A stretch of 64,000 nt of DNA from IMG/VR virus record IMGVR_UViG_3300019458_000032, positions 12,588-76,587 of that record, one strand, 5' to 3'. Both the position numbers and the translations under genes were made by a program. Position 1 is the first letter of the stretch. Each line of letters starts with the position of its first letter. A model generated the notes under the pieces. It was not told where the DNA came from. It searched no databases and saw nothing but the letters and a program-made list of their open reading frames with translations. Below are positions 28,849-39,604 of the stretch, in pieces. The stretch is from a virus.

Positions 28849-31800
28849 TAACGATAAGCCCTTGAACTTTGACCTGTTTCTGCAACAAGTGTAATTCCAT
28901 ATATCTTATAAAATTCTCTAGCTATTCCATGTTCAAATTTAACGACAATATAACGACATCTAACATTATCTCTTGGTATATAACTTCTAAAGGGTGCAGC
29001 GTGTGAACCTCCACCAAAGAAACCTTCTCCAAAATTCATAAACCCGAATATACCATTGCCATCACCACTAAAAGGAACACGATTAAATTTGGGTTTTAAA
29101 TCTGAAGCAAAACTAATTGTTGCCGATGTGAAGGATTTATCTTTAAACATCATGGTAAATTCTCTAACCTGCTTTAAAGACAAAGGATCGTCAAAAGTTG
29201 ATGGAGAATATATAAAAGATGTTTTAATACTATTAAAGATAATCATTGGCCCTTGAATATAGGGCAAAGTCAAATTAACAGTTAATTCTTTTGTAATTTT
29301 ATTCACTCTAGTGATTACAGATTCTTGAACAGTTGTTCCAACTGAAGGTTGATAATTACTAAAATTAACTCCAACATCAAGATTTAATTTCTCAATAATT
29401 ACATTATAACACGTTTGAATATCCCTAAAATCAGTATCAATAGTTGAGAAACTTCCTGTAGTTCCTGCCGTTAAATTAACATTGACTGGAACACTAAAAG
29501 TTGTCGGACTTATAACTGTTACAGGATATGTATCATTGATTGGAGGATTAGAATTTGTTCCTGATATAGTTACAATTCTACCAGTATGTAATTCATGGGG
29601 TGTGGAAGTAGTGATAATAGTTGGATTTGAAATACTAACTGCCGTTATTGTTCCACTCTTTGTATCAATATTATCGAAATAATTCGAATCAGCAATGCCG
29701 GTATCTGCATCTAATTTTTGGGCTAATTCAATTATTTTTGTTCTTAAACTAACTCCGCCAATTGCTTCTAGAGTTGAAAAATAATCAGTATCATTAACAC
29801 TTGTATCAGTATCCAATTTCTTTAAAGTTTGATTATATTGATAAATAGTTAATAATTGATTTTGAACTAAAACATCGCCTTCAAATGTATCATCCACTTG
29901 AAAAAATTTCAATAATGTGTCAAAATAACTATTAGGTGCTAATTCATTAGAAATTTCTCTATCGGCATAATCATAACGATTAAATTGTTTACGTTCTTGT
30001 TCAATTGCGTTTGTATCACCTGGACCGGCGTATAATCTACCATCAGAATTAATAACCCCACATCTATAATCTTTATCTATAGAAGTCCAAGTTCTGGTGA
30101 TTTGGTCGTATCTATATCCAATTTCAGCATCTTCATCTGTTGTGGTTTTTACAGTATAAACAATATATGAGTTGTCTGCTTCATACCCAACTCCCCATGT
30201 TGCTGTTTTAAAATCAGGATAATTATCAGAACCTAAACGTAAGAAAATATCATCTAGATTTTTTGTAATAACATCTGTACCAGATTCTGTAATGATAGAG
30301 ATTCCATGGGTTGTCCAACCGTAGATAACATTGTTCACAACTGCCAGTGAATCAGGTGGAATGAGTATACAACTACTATCAAATAATGCTGTAACAAACG
30401 GTGCAATTTCTCCCGAAATCCTGTATAACCCATCTTCTTTAAATACAAATAAACTATCGCGCAAAGGAAATATCCTTAAGATTTCTTTATCTTGAGAACC
30501 AACATCTAAGAAATTGACGATAGGCACAGCTTCTGGTTCTTGAAATTTTGAATAATAAATTCTATTTGGTTTTTCTTCATTATCAGAAAAAACTGCATTA
30601 CTAGCGATAACAAATGAACCCATTGTTCCAGCAACCGTAACATTTACAGGTATACTAAAAGTCGTTGAAGTTACATATGTAATAGAATACAAACCATCAA
30701 TAGAAGGAGTGGAATTAGAATTAATAATAACAACTTGATCTCCATTCTCCATCCCATGAGGACTGGCCGAGGTAATAACGGTTGGATTTGCTACAGAATT
30801 TGAAACTATATAATTTTCAGGTCCAATATCGGGATTAAAAGATAAACCAGTATTGTCATTATTACCCAATATATAAACTATTCCACTAGATAAATCTAAT
30901 GATTCCAAAAGAATTTGTCCAGGAACACCACCGGCAGTTGACAGATAATAAGCGGCAACGATTTCAGAAGAATTTTTATTTATAACTCTTACTAAACTAC
31001 GAGCCGTTTCATCAACCGCTTGACCAACAGATACTAGATTAGATAGTAACACTTGATTCTGAGATGCATCTTCTCCAATACCTTGTGTTAGTACAGAGAC
31101 TGTAAATCCTGATGTTTCAGCAGTTGCATCTGTTGTATAACCAGATAGAATATTTGTCACGGTAAAAGTATTTGTTGAAGATACTACACTAAAATCTGCG
31201 ATGAAAGTAGATAATTTATTGGCACTTTTTTCAGCAATTTGAGCGTCGGTTTCTGACCCATCAAATACAATTGGAATACTTATTCTTCCAGGAATGTTAG
31301 GATCTGTTGTTACACCATTACTATACCACGGGGTATAAAGTTTACCATCGTTGGCCGAATTTAAAAAGAAATAACTTCCTTCTCCCACTAAATTCAATAA
31401 AGATCCGGCAATAGTTGTGAACTGAGTTTGTTCATAAGTTCCAACTACAAATTTATAAACATTTGTCGTTGTTCCATTTGTAATAACAATTTGGGGTAAT
31501 TGATTTTTTACTGTGTGCGTTCCAGTTCCACCTGAAGTTATATCTACAGGAGAACCATCCTTTTCTAAAGAAATTTGAAACGTGTTTGCGGTTGCATTTA
31601 AAATATAATAAGTAACACTTTGAGTTATTCCACCAGGTAAATTAGAAGGGATAGCATTACTAAATTCAACAGATTGACCATCTAAATAACCGTGTGCTGT
31701 ATTTGTAATAACATCGGTTGTTGTATTTACATCAACGCTTGTGAATGTATTACTGTTTAAGCCCGATCCATAATCAAGAACCATATTTGTTACCCCTAGA

Positions 31801-33419
31801 AGAGATAACTGTTTACGATGACGAGTTTGTGTATTGGCGTAAAATGTATAATTTTTAAATGTATTTATATCTTTGGCCAAAGGAGGAATATCATTAGCTT
31901 GAGTAATTCCTTCACCAGTTGCTTCATTTGTGTAAAGATTTGCACCCCTAAATTCATCGGGCGTTATATCTTCAATTATAATTTCTTTAGCAGCTAATTC
32001 GGCAGTGGTTGGAAATGCCTCATAAACAAGTTTCATTTCATCGTCTGGCACTAAATCACTTAGAACAGTTGTTCCGGTAGCCTGTGCAATATCCGAACGA
32101 TAAACTTGAAAAAAATCATTAGATGTTACATTTTGAGGTATTGTTATGTTTAGTTTTGTATGAACTGTTGTTGTTATATCTAAAACATCAATATATTGAG
32201 AAGCTAAGGAATTTGAAATTACATCTTCGGGTTCTGATTGCAATCTAGTAATGATACTTTGTAGATATGTTTGTATTTCCACTAATTGAGCATTGGTTGT
32301 TGGTGTACTTGGAATTGAAGGTTGTGTTATAGATCTATATTCATTAGATCTAATAAAAGCAGATCCTGAAACTGTTCCAGCACCATCTGGAGCCGTTTTA
32401 TTAAAAGAAATAGTTGTAGCAGTTACAGCAGATAATGAATATGTTCCATCTAAAGAATTTGTTGCACTATCTGAAAATCCTGATATTTCAATTTTACTTC
32501 CAATTATAAAATAATCTGTCGGATCGCCAGTAGAAAATGTAATTGTAACAACATTACTAGTAACACTAACTGTACTAATATCTAAAGGATAAGATCCAGG
32601 GGTTGTTTCGTCTGCATATTTAATATCAAAATCTAATTTAGCTGCTAATGCTATAAGATTTGTTCGAAGTTCAGAAGCCGAAGCTGTTATAGGAAGTTTT
32701 AAAGTTTCAACATAATCACCATCAGTTATTAAACTTCCGGTTTGATTAATATCATCTAAAGCACCTAAAATAAAATTAAAATCTTGAAGTTCTAAGGCTA
32801 AAAGTGAATTATAAATTTCAGATCTTTGACTAGGTGTTCCACGAATCAAATTGTTGTTATTATCTCTTTTGAGCCATAAAATTCTATATGCAACAGCACT
32901 ATCTTGAGGTAAAAATGAAGTTTGATCACCTAATTCATAAACAATTTCTGAAGTTAAATCTACAGCTTTAATTCCACCAGCATCAACAATATATCCAGAA
33001 TCTGTGGTTAATTGAGAAGCATTTTTAGCTGAAATCTTTTTTATACCATCATTTGTTGTAAAATATAAGTTACCATTGGCTTCAATACTTTTAATACGAA
33101 GTCCTGGTTCAGTTTCTGTATATGAGCCAGAGAATTCATTAAAAACTTCTACACCACTTGTAGTTTGTGTTCCGGCATCAAATTCTAATTTATCTGAATA
33201 ATGGCGAATAATACGATCACGATAGCTAATTAATTGTTTAGCTCGATCGGAAGATGTTCCAAATGTTTCCCCGAAGATTTTCATTCCTCTACGAGGTTCA
33301 ATAACATTTTCATCTCTAATAATTATATTTTTAGCTTCTATCATGCTCCCAGGTGGTGTTTCCAACTGATTTATTGCGGTATTTAAACCGAGAGCTTTAA
33401 GAAGAATACTAGCTGGCAT
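28848..33419 (-). CDS. large tail nozzle/stabilisation protein with inserted beta-barrel repeats
   Basis: Nozzle-like core (EAKNIII...PRRG; NRIYYS; LFVFKEDGLY) and position after the adaptor; repeated inserts of type V/I-T-x-x-HG-x-x-G-x-x-V. Confidence 0.7.
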   Translation of the reverse strand: MPASILLKALGLNTAINQLETPPGSMIEAKNIIIRDENVIEPRRGMKIFGETFGTSSDRAKQLISYRDRIIRHYSDKLEFDAGTQTTSGVEVFNEFSGSYTETEPGLRIKSIEANGNLYFTTNDGIKKISAKNASQLTTDSGYIVDAGGIKAVDLTSEIVYELGDQTSFLPQDSAVAYRILWLKRDNNNNLIRGTPSQRSEIYNSLLALELQDFNFILGALDDINQTGSLITDGDYVETLKLPITASASELRTNLIALAAKLDFDIKYADETTPGSYPLDISTVSVTSNVVTITFSTGDPTDYFIIGSKIEISGFSDSATNSLDGTYSLSAVTATTISFNKTAPDGAGTVSGSAFIRSNEYRSITQPSIPSTPTTNAQLVEIQTYLQSIITRLQSEPEDVISNSLASQYIDVLDITTTVHTKLNITIPQNVTSNDFFQVYRSDIAQATGTTVLSDLVPDDEMKLVYEAFPTTAELAAKEIIIEDITPDEFRGANLYTNEATGEGITQANDIPPLAKDINTFKNYTFYANTQTRHRKQLSLLGVTNMVLDYGSGLNSNTFTSVDVNTTTDVITNTAHGYLDGQSVEFSNAIPSNLPGGITQSVTYYILNATANTFQISLEKDGSPVDITSGGTGTHTVKNQLPQIVITNGTTTNVYKFVVGTYEQTQFTTIAGSLLNLVGEGSYFFLNSANDGKLYTPWYSNGVTTDPNIPGRISIPIVFDGSETDAQIAEKSANKLSTFIADFSVVSSTNTFTVTNILSGYTTDATAETSGFTVSVLTQGIGEDASQNQVLLSNLVSVGQAVDETARSLVRVINKNSSEIVAAYYLSTAGGVPGQILLESLDLSSGIVYILGNNDNTGLSFNPDIGPENYIVSNSVANPTVITSASPHGMENGDQVVIINSNSTPSIDGLYSITYVTSTTFSIPVNVTVAGTMGSFVIASNAVFSDNEEKPNRIYYSKFQEPEAVPIVNFLDVGSQDKEILRIFPLRDSLFVFKEDGLYRISGEIAPFVTALFDSSCILIPPDSLAVVNNVIYGWTTHGISIITESGTDVITKNLDDIFLRLGSDNYPDFKTATWGVGYEADNSYIVYTVKTTTDEDAEIGYRYDQITRTWTSIDKDYRCGVINSDGRLYAGPGDTNAIEQERKQFNRYDYADREISNELAPNSYFDTLLKFFQVDDTFEGDVLVQNQLLTIYQYNQTLKKLDTDTSVNDTDYFSTLEAIGGVSLRTKIIELAQKLDADTGIADSNYFDNIDTKSGTITAVSISNPTIITTSTPHELHTGRIVTISGTNSNPPINDTYPVTVISPTTFSVPVNVNLTAGTTGSFSTIDTDFRDIQTCYNVIIEKLNLDVGVNFSNYQPSVGTTVQESVITRVNKITKELTVNLTLPYIQGPMIIFNSIKTSFIYSPSTFDDPLSLKQVREFTMMFKDKSFTSATISFASDLKPKFNRVPFSGDGNGIFGFMNFGEGFFGGGSHAAPFRSYIPRDNVRCRYIVVKFEHGIAREFYKIYGITLVAETGQSSRAYR

Positions 33420-33422
33420 ATC

Positions 33423-34655
33423 TTACCAACCTCTTAAATTGTTGCGTTTTCTCGAAATTAATTTTAAGAAAGTATGACGACCAATAACTTTTTGAGGACT
33501 TCCCTCTGATCTATTATCAATTAATTTAGCTTGATTTGCTTCCATTTCTTGAATTTTACTCATACTTGATTGTAAACCTTGTTGATCACCCAAAGCCGAT
33601 AATATCCTAGCCGAAGTTCTTTCAGCTAAAACATTGTGTAGATCTGGAGGAATTTGTGGTATAATACATTCGTTGGATAAACAAATATAATCACCAACTA
33701 TTAGATCTTCTGGTATATCACCAGCACCAAATTCAATGTTTGAACCAGAAATTCCAGTTATTGGAACTTGTACGTCAAAACTAATAATTTTATGACCAGG
33801 TTTAGTTTGTAAAAAATCTATTAAATCACCATTGGTAATATTGTCAGGAATTTCATTAAATTCAATTCCACTTGTAGAAGCCACTATGAATCCAGATGAA
33901 TTACTAACTTCAATATCATATTCTTGATTTAGGAATTTTAAAGTTGCAGTATCGGTAGAAGGAGTTCCATTAACTGCAATAGTTATTCCATTTGTATTAA
34001 TTGCACCTACCAAATTTGTTGCTGTATCTATAGATGTTGCACCAATTTGAAATTCATCAACTCCAGGAGCACCAGCGGTTGCTGTGAAAATTTCATCGTT
34101 AATTGTTACAGTATCACCCGCAACAACCGAAGTATTTACAATTTGAATTGATTCTGTAAAGTAATTAACAATAGCTGCTCTATCGTTTTTAACTAATTGA
34201 TTTACTCTAAGATAATATATAAAGTGTAAAGATCCAGTGGGTTCTGATCCAATATCTGGAATCAAAACAACATCGTTTCCTTCTAATTTATATTTATACG
34301 GAGGAGTTCCTGAACTAGCACCTGTACTGAACATATCATCATTTCCCGTAACTCTAGTCATTTCGAAAAGATTACCGGAAACATCTTTAAAATAAAGATC
34401 TCTAAATTTCATCCCAATTGCTCTATCGGGAATAGCGTATCTACTTCTATTAGTTTTTAAAGGAATATCTTTGGTTGTAACAAGATATTCTTCATGAAAC
34501 TGTAGTATACTTGGAATCTGAGATGAAGCCATTTCTTCATTAGCGAAAGCTAAAATATCTTCTTCAGAAAAAGTAGATTGATCTGTTGGGAACATAATCT
34601 TACGTTTTACAGATTCAATTAGATCGTCAGATGTGAGCCATGGTTTAGCGGCCAT
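33423..34655 (-). CDS. head-tail adaptor-like protein
   Basis: N-terminal helices (DDLIESVKRKI...EDILAFANE), RYAIPD, C-terminal helices; position. Confidence 0.6.
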   Translation of the reverse strand: MAAKPWLTSDDLIESVKRKIMFPTDQSTFSEEDILAFANEEMASSQIPSILQFHEEYLVTTKDIPLKTNRSRYAIPDRAIGMKFRDLYFKDVSGNLFEMTRVTGNDDMFSTGASSGTPPYKYKLEGNDVVLIPDIGSEPTGSLHFIYYLRVNQLVKNDRAAIVNYFTESIQIVNTSVVAGDTVTINDEIFTATAGAPGVDEFQIGATSIDTATNLVGAINTNGITIAVNGTPSTDTATLKFLNQEYDIEVSNSSGFIVASTSGIEFNEIPDNITNGDLIDFLQTKPGHKIISFDVQVPITGISGSNIEFGAGDIPEDLIVGDYICLSNECIIPQIPPDLHNVLAERTSARILSALGDQQGLQSSMSKIQEMEANQAKLIDNRSEGSPQKVIGRHTFLKLISRKRNNLRGW

Positions 34656-34666
34656 TACTTTTATCC

Positions 34667-35107
34667 TTAGCTATTTTTAAGCATTTCTTCTTTTTTAGCT
34701 TGCAATTTTTCCATGAGTCTGTCAACATCTTCAGGAGATTTGCAATCTTCAGCGGTCATAATTTCAGCATCTTCGGGAGATTCACCCTCGTCACTATCAT
34801 CATGTTCGGGTTCTGATTTCATTTCTTCTGGCATACCTTCAGGTTCAGCATTGGGATCTCCGTTATTAACGTTCTCATCGTTTTGGTTGAGCATTTTTTG
34901 TGCTTCACCAATACCATGTTTAAGACCTTCTTCAGTATTAGAAGCTACACTAACCTTTTTCAAGCCTTTAACTTTACTTCCAAGCATTTCATTGGCCATG
35001 TCTCTCATACCATGAATTGCTTTCATCTTAGCTTCTTTGTCAGAATCAGAAAGATTTTTACCCTCTTTCTTTTTCTTCATTAGCATTTTCATCATTTTAT
35101 CGTTCAT
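34667..35107 (-). CDS. hypothetical Met/Lys/Glu-rich protein
   Basis: ORF with AAGGAG RBS. Confidence 0.6.
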   Translation of the reverse strand: MNDKMMKMLMKKKKEGKNLSDSDKEAKMKAIHGMRDMANEMLGSKVKGLKKVSVASNTEEGLKHGIGEAQKMLNQNDENVNNGDPNAEPEGMPEEMKSEPEHDDSDEGESPEDAEIMTAEDCKSPEDVDRLMEKLQAKKEEMLKNS

Positions 35108-35127
35108 TTTATTTTTCTCCTTCTATA

Positions 35128-38100
35128 TTAATTATTAACTTTTGTTATTCTAAAATAATTTCTAGCATCATCAGCATAACCACCACCTGTTCCAAAATGT
35201 GGTCTAATTATGTCGCCTCTAAATAATTCTAATGTTATAGATGTAGAATCTGGATTAGCTGCCCCTTGTGGAGTAGTTAATGCAATTCTATCAGTTCTTG
35301 TAATTGTCGCAATGCTAGTTGTTAACTGTGAAGAATTCCTACTTAGACCTATATAATTGGCACCAGAAGTTACTTCATCTGTTACTGTTATAAAATATAA
35401 TCCATCTTCATTAATAGAGAAAGATGCACCTAATGTTGCAGAATCTGCGTATGTAATAGCGGTTCCGGTGTTTTTATTAATATTTGTATATCTACGAATA
35501 ACATCGTTCGTTGATCCAAAACCATTACCTGTATCTAACCATACTTCACTACGATTTGATGAGCTTTGAACAGGTACAATAGATTCTGAAACTATAATAT
35601 CAAAATAACCATCTCCAATTCCACCCGTTGCATCATTTTCTCCAATAGAACGACTGGTATTGGTTGCTAAGTCATTACTACCAGCATTAATAGTTAAAAC
35701 TCCGGTTGTGGGATCATAGGACCAAACTGTACCAGATGAGCTAGTTGAAGAAATAATTCTTAAATCTGTATATACTAACCCAGTTCTTCCTGAATTAGAA
35801 TAAAATTGCATAGAATATTGTTTATTTTTACCAATAAAAATATCCCATAAAGATATTAATCCAGAAGTTTGTGCTGAAGTATAGTCAGCCGCATGTAATC
35901 TAATACCATTATCACTAGATGGAAGAGTTGTTGGAACTTGATCACTAAATGTATTACTTGTTGCAGTATCTTTTGAACGAGAACGATATTCACCTAAAAC
36001 TGTTGGAGTTGTTGTAACTCTAGTTCCATTGGCAATTATATTAGAAATTCTAAAAGTACTAGAATTGGAATTTAAAACATTTGTTGACCAGCCAGAAATC
36101 GGAACAATTGCTTCAAATGAATAACTTGTATCAGTATTAGCAATACTAATATTGCTACTACCAATTAAATCTGCATTTGCTGAAGAAAATCCACCAACAA
36201 TTGCTAAATTTGTTGTATTGTAAATTTTTACATAACCCCATTCTTCTGCACCGGAGGTCCAAGCAGAAGCGGCTCCTACAACATTTTGAGAACCAGTCGT
36301 TGAAATATCTATCTTTGTTGTATCAATTGAATACCCCGAAGGAAGTGGAAATAAATAATCACCCGATCCACCAGAACCTGCGGAACTTTGTTCAAAATCA
36401 AAGCGAATGTGCATATCGCTTCCAACACGTCTCCAATAAGCATTTTTTCTAACGATTGTACCAGGAGTTGGAGCAGTAGTTACTGCACCAATTGTTAAAG
36501 TATATGATTGCCAATCAGACATTGCTGGACCAAAAGATACATCCTGAGGACCCACAAAAACATCATCAAATGAGAATGTTACTGCGGTTGTGGAAGTTGA
36601 TGCGAAATGAAATCCAAATCTAATTTGAGTACAATTGGCCGGAACATCAAAAGTCATTCTAAGAGTTGATGTATTAACAACGTCATTATTAAACGGGGTA
36701 ATTACTTGAGAATTTGTTACATCATATACAAAAGATTTTAAATCCCCTGCTACAAGACTACCTGAAATAATTTTTAGAGGAACTTCAATTGTTGTTGGTT
36801 TTCCTCTATATCCAAGAGGAATATTGGCAATACAAGAAGCGCCTTCACCTTGTTCGTTAGCGGCACCCTTTGTTACTTTTAACGAGCCAGAACCATCTAG
36901 AACTTCTCCACCAGTAGTTGTTCTAACTATTGTAATACTGGGACTTCCACCAGTCATATCAACCGGAGTAGATCCAGCAGCATCGGCGTAAACAATCCAA
37001 TTTCCAATACTGGCTTCAGCATTAAAATTATCTTGATTTACGGGTTGGAAGGTTGTATCGAGAGTGATAAAATTAACTCCACCCCCACCGCCTGATCCAA
37101 TTGGAATTAAAGTAGATCCATTATCAACATAAACTCTTTGTTGATCGGTTGCATATGCAATAACTGCTTCAACTCTAGTTAATGCATCTAATGCACTTTT
37201 TGTTCCTTTGGGGAGAATTAATTTTCTACCATCAGTCATTGTGCTAAAATCAATTGCTTTATTCGTCAATGTTTGAGGGTAATCATTACCAACAAGTGTT
37301 GTATTTCCATCGGGCAATGTAATACTTCTTGTTGTACCAACAGTAATTCCAGAAGCTAATAATCTAGCTTTTTTCGTAGGATCTGTTGTATTAACGATTA
37401 AATTATTTGTATCATCTAATTCTTTATTTTGAACTCTATTGGCACCAGAGTCTGTAGAAATTCGAGTAAGAATTTGATCATTAAGATCGGGAACAGTTAA
37501 TGTTCTAGTTGTTGCAGTTGTTATGTTAGCAACATCAAATTGTAATCTTTTTGTATTATCACCATTGTCAATAATGTATGTAGAATTATCAACAAGACTC
37601 TTATTGGTTAATGTCTGTGTACCAGTTTCTGTAACAGTTCCGCTAGCACCAGCAGGAACTGCCCATGTGCCATCTGCTTTTAAAAATTTCAATGCTGCCG
37701 CATCGCCAGAGGCTGGAGCTGGCACTAATCCTTTTGTTCCACCTGATCCAGAATCACCAACAAAATCATTTAATTCGGCAGTTAATTGTGTAGAAGTTAG
37801 ATCCAGTGGATCGCCAGTTGAACCAGTATTATTACCTTTAAACGTATGTGCTGCCATATTGGCAAGCTTTGCGTTTGTAACAGCATCGTTTGCAATGGTT
37901 GCGGGAACTGATCCTGGACCAGTTGCTGTAACATCTCCAGTTAAAGCCGTAATAGCAGATCCAGATACGGCATCTATTTGAGCTTGAATTGGACTTGTAA
38001 CACCAATTAAATAACTAAGTTCTGTAGTTGATACGGCAGACGCTGTTAAAAACCCTGAACTATCAAATTGTGCAGCTTTACTTGCACTAGCTAGAATAAA

Positions 38101-38298
38101 ATTTGAAGAGGTTGAAATTGTTTTGTTTGACATGGAAGCAGTGTGAGATTCTGTTAATACCGCCGATGAATCTGTTCCATTATGAAATAATACTTTACTT
38201 AGAACTGCGGAAACTTGAATTTCACCTAGTTTATCTAGGCTCATTGTTGATTCAGGAACAACTCTTAAACCATGTAGATATTGAAATATATTAAGCAT
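35128..38298 (-). CDS. tail/head fibre-like protein
   Basis: T/S/G-rich; repeated QTLTNK and TRTLTVPD/TRSITLPD motifs; carbohydrate-binding-like central domain. Confidence 0.7.
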   Translation of the reverse strand: MLNIFQYLHGLRVVPESTMSLDKLGEIQVSAVLSKVLFHNGTDSSAVLTESHTASMSNKTISTSSNFILASASKAAQFDSSGFLTASAVSTTELSYLIGVTSPIQAQIDAVSGSAITALTGDVTATGPGSVPATIANDAVTNAKLANMAAHTFKGNNTGSTGDPLDLTSTQLTAELNDFVGDSGSGGTKGLVPAPASGDAAALKFLKADGTWAVPAGASGTVTETGTQTLTNKSLVDNSTYIIDNGDNTKRLQFDVANITTATTRTLTVPDLNDQILTRISTDSGANRVQNKELDDTNNLIVNTTDPTKKARLLASGITVGTTRSITLPDGNTTLVGNDYPQTLTNKAIDFSTMTDGRKLILPKGTKSALDALTRVEAVIAYATDQQRVYVDNGSTLIPIGSGGGGGVNFITLDTTFQPVNQDNFNAEASIGNWIVYADAAGSTPVDMTGGSPSITIVRTTTGGEVLDGSGSLKVTKGAANEQGEGASCIANIPLGYRGKPTTIEVPLKIISGSLVAGDLKSFVYDVTNSQVITPFNNDVVNTSTLRMTFDVPANCTQIRFGFHFASTSTTAVTFSFDDVFVGPQDVSFGPAMSDWQSYTLTIGAVTTAPTPGTIVRKNAYWRRVGSDMHIRFDFEQSSAGSGGSGDYLFPLPSGYSIDTTKIDISTTGSQNVVGAASAWTSGAEEWGYVKIYNTTNLAIVGGFSSANADLIGSSNISIANTDTSYSFEAIVPISGWSTNVLNSNSSTFRISNIIANGTRVTTTPTVLGEYRSRSKDTATSNTFSDQVPTTLPSSDNGIRLHAADYTSAQTSGLISLWDIFIGKNKQYSMQFYSNSGRTGLVYTDLRIISSTSSSGTVWSYDPTTGVLTINAGSNDLATNTSRSIGENDATGGIGDGYFDIIVSESIVPVQSSSNRSEVWLDTGNGFGSTNDVIRRYTNINKNTGTAITYADSATLGASFSINEDGLYFITVTDEVTSGANYIGLSRNSSQLTTSIATITRTDRIALTTPQGAANPDSTSITLELFRGDIIRPHFGTGGGYADDARNYFRITKVNN

Positions 38299-38306
38299 TT
38301 ATTACC

Positions 38307-38798
38307 TTAACTTTGTAAAATAGATTGAGCGACAAATGTTAATTTTCCCGAATGACTAGAACCACTTAATGCGGTCGTTGAAAATCTAATTTGTCCAGCA
38401 TCTGTAATATTAAATGAAATTTTACTTTCACTATCACCTAATATTCTTTGAGCTAATTGCCATTTATTATTAACAGGACCATTGGGATTATATAGAATTA
38501 AGATTTCACCAGATTCTTCAGATTGTTCCAATGTAGTTGTTCTAAAGACCGCATAACGTATAAAAGCCGATCTAACGGTCGATGTGGGGAAGGATAGAGC
38601 AGTTATATCAATATTTGTTCCAGGATTGTAAGGATCGAGTATTAGAGCTTGTGGAGCCACATCAAATGCTCCTACCACAGCAGCTAATGCTGCTTCTACA
38701 GCTAAACCGAATTGAACCATGGCTTCTGCCCAATTAGGGGATTCAGCAGATTCTGGAAACTCTATTAAATTGCCTTGAATATTTATTTCGATAGACAT
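38307..38798 (-). CDS. putative virion protein
   Basis: Position in the structural operon; beta-rich. Confidence 0.55.
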   Translation of the reverse strand: MSIEINIQGNLIEFPESAESPNWAEAMVQFGLAVEAALAAVVGAFDVAPQALILDPYNPGTNIDITALSFPTSTVRSAFIRYAVFRTTTLEQSEESGEILILYNPNGPVNNKWQLAQRILGDSESKISFNITDAGQIRFSTTALSGSSHSGKLTFVAQSILQS

Positions 38799-38830
38799 GA
38801 ATATCCTATAAAGATGGTATCTTACATATA

Positions 38831-38840
38831 ACAGTTGTTA
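38831..38840 (-). promoter_or_regulatory. phage promoter-like motif TAACAACTGT
   Basis: Intergenic copy upstream of 38798. Confidence 0.65.
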
Positions 38841-38881
38841 AAATAAGGCTAATTTAACAGAAAGAAAGTTTAATGTTATAA

Positions 38882-39487
38882 CTATTGAATTTTATTGGAT
38901 TTTTTCATCTTTATAACATGGGTATCTTTTATAGATTTGATATCGTGTTCTGCAATTAAAAGAGGTCTTAAGTTAGTATAATGACAAAGTTTATAAAAAT
39001 CCTCTTCTATATCAGATTTACCCAAAGGTATAATATGGTCTATTTCCCAATAGAGAGCATAGTTTTCCCAAGTCATTCCGGGTTCAAATCTCTGTTCTAT
39101 ATACGTTTTAAGTTCTTCATATGTACATCCTAGATATTGTTCAGTTTTATTGGTTTTATTCCATCTTTTAGATTTTAAAGCTCTATTAATTCGACTTCTC
39201 ATACACTTTTTAAGACGAAATAATTCATCGTTATAATATCTAAATTTATCTCTTTTTCTGCTAGAATCTCTAGCTTTTTCAGATCTTTTATATTCTAATT
39301 GTCTTTTTTTAACTTCTGGACGTTGGCGATATTCTCTGCCGTACTCTTTGTTTTTTCCTAATCTATTAGAATTAATACATTTATTACAAGTTCCACGTCT
39401 ATATACTTTATCTTTATAATAAGCACATTTTTGAAATTCTTCTATTTCTTTAGTAAGTTTACATGTTTTACATTTTTTTAATATCAT
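38882..39487 (-). CDS. free-standing HNH homing endonuclease
   Basis: CKTC...CNKC; YLGCT-EEL...GMTWENY...WEIDHIIP...HYTNLRPL. Confidence 0.85.
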   Translation of the reverse strand: MILKKCKTCKLTKEIEEFQKCAYYKDKVYRRGTCNKCINSNRLGKNKEYGREYRQRPEVKKRQLEYKRSEKARDSSRKRDKFRYYNDELFRLKKCMRSRINRALKSKRWNKTNKTEQYLGCTYEELKTYIEQRFEPGMTWENYALYWEIDHIIPLGKSDIEEDFYKLCHYTNLRPLLIAEHDIKSIKDTHVIKMKKSNKIQ

Positions 39488-39551
39488 GATAAGATTATAA
39501 CATATATATTTTTAGAAATCAAGTTTCAAGAATTGCGCAAAATTTTTATGT

Positions 39552-39584
39552 AAAAAAAAAGGCCTGTTTAATTAAAAACAGGCC
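39552..39584 (-). terminator. intrinsic terminator after major capsid gene
   Basis: GGCCTGTTT/AAACAGGCC stem followed by T9 on the - strand. Confidence 0.85.
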
Positions 39585-39604
39585 CTTCTAAATACTCGTT
39601 TTTA

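Noticed and set aside
38882-39487. HNH genes (also 9974-10567) as group I intron-encoded ORFs
   Set aside because: Flanking genes appear complete and no intron core is evident; treated as free-standing.
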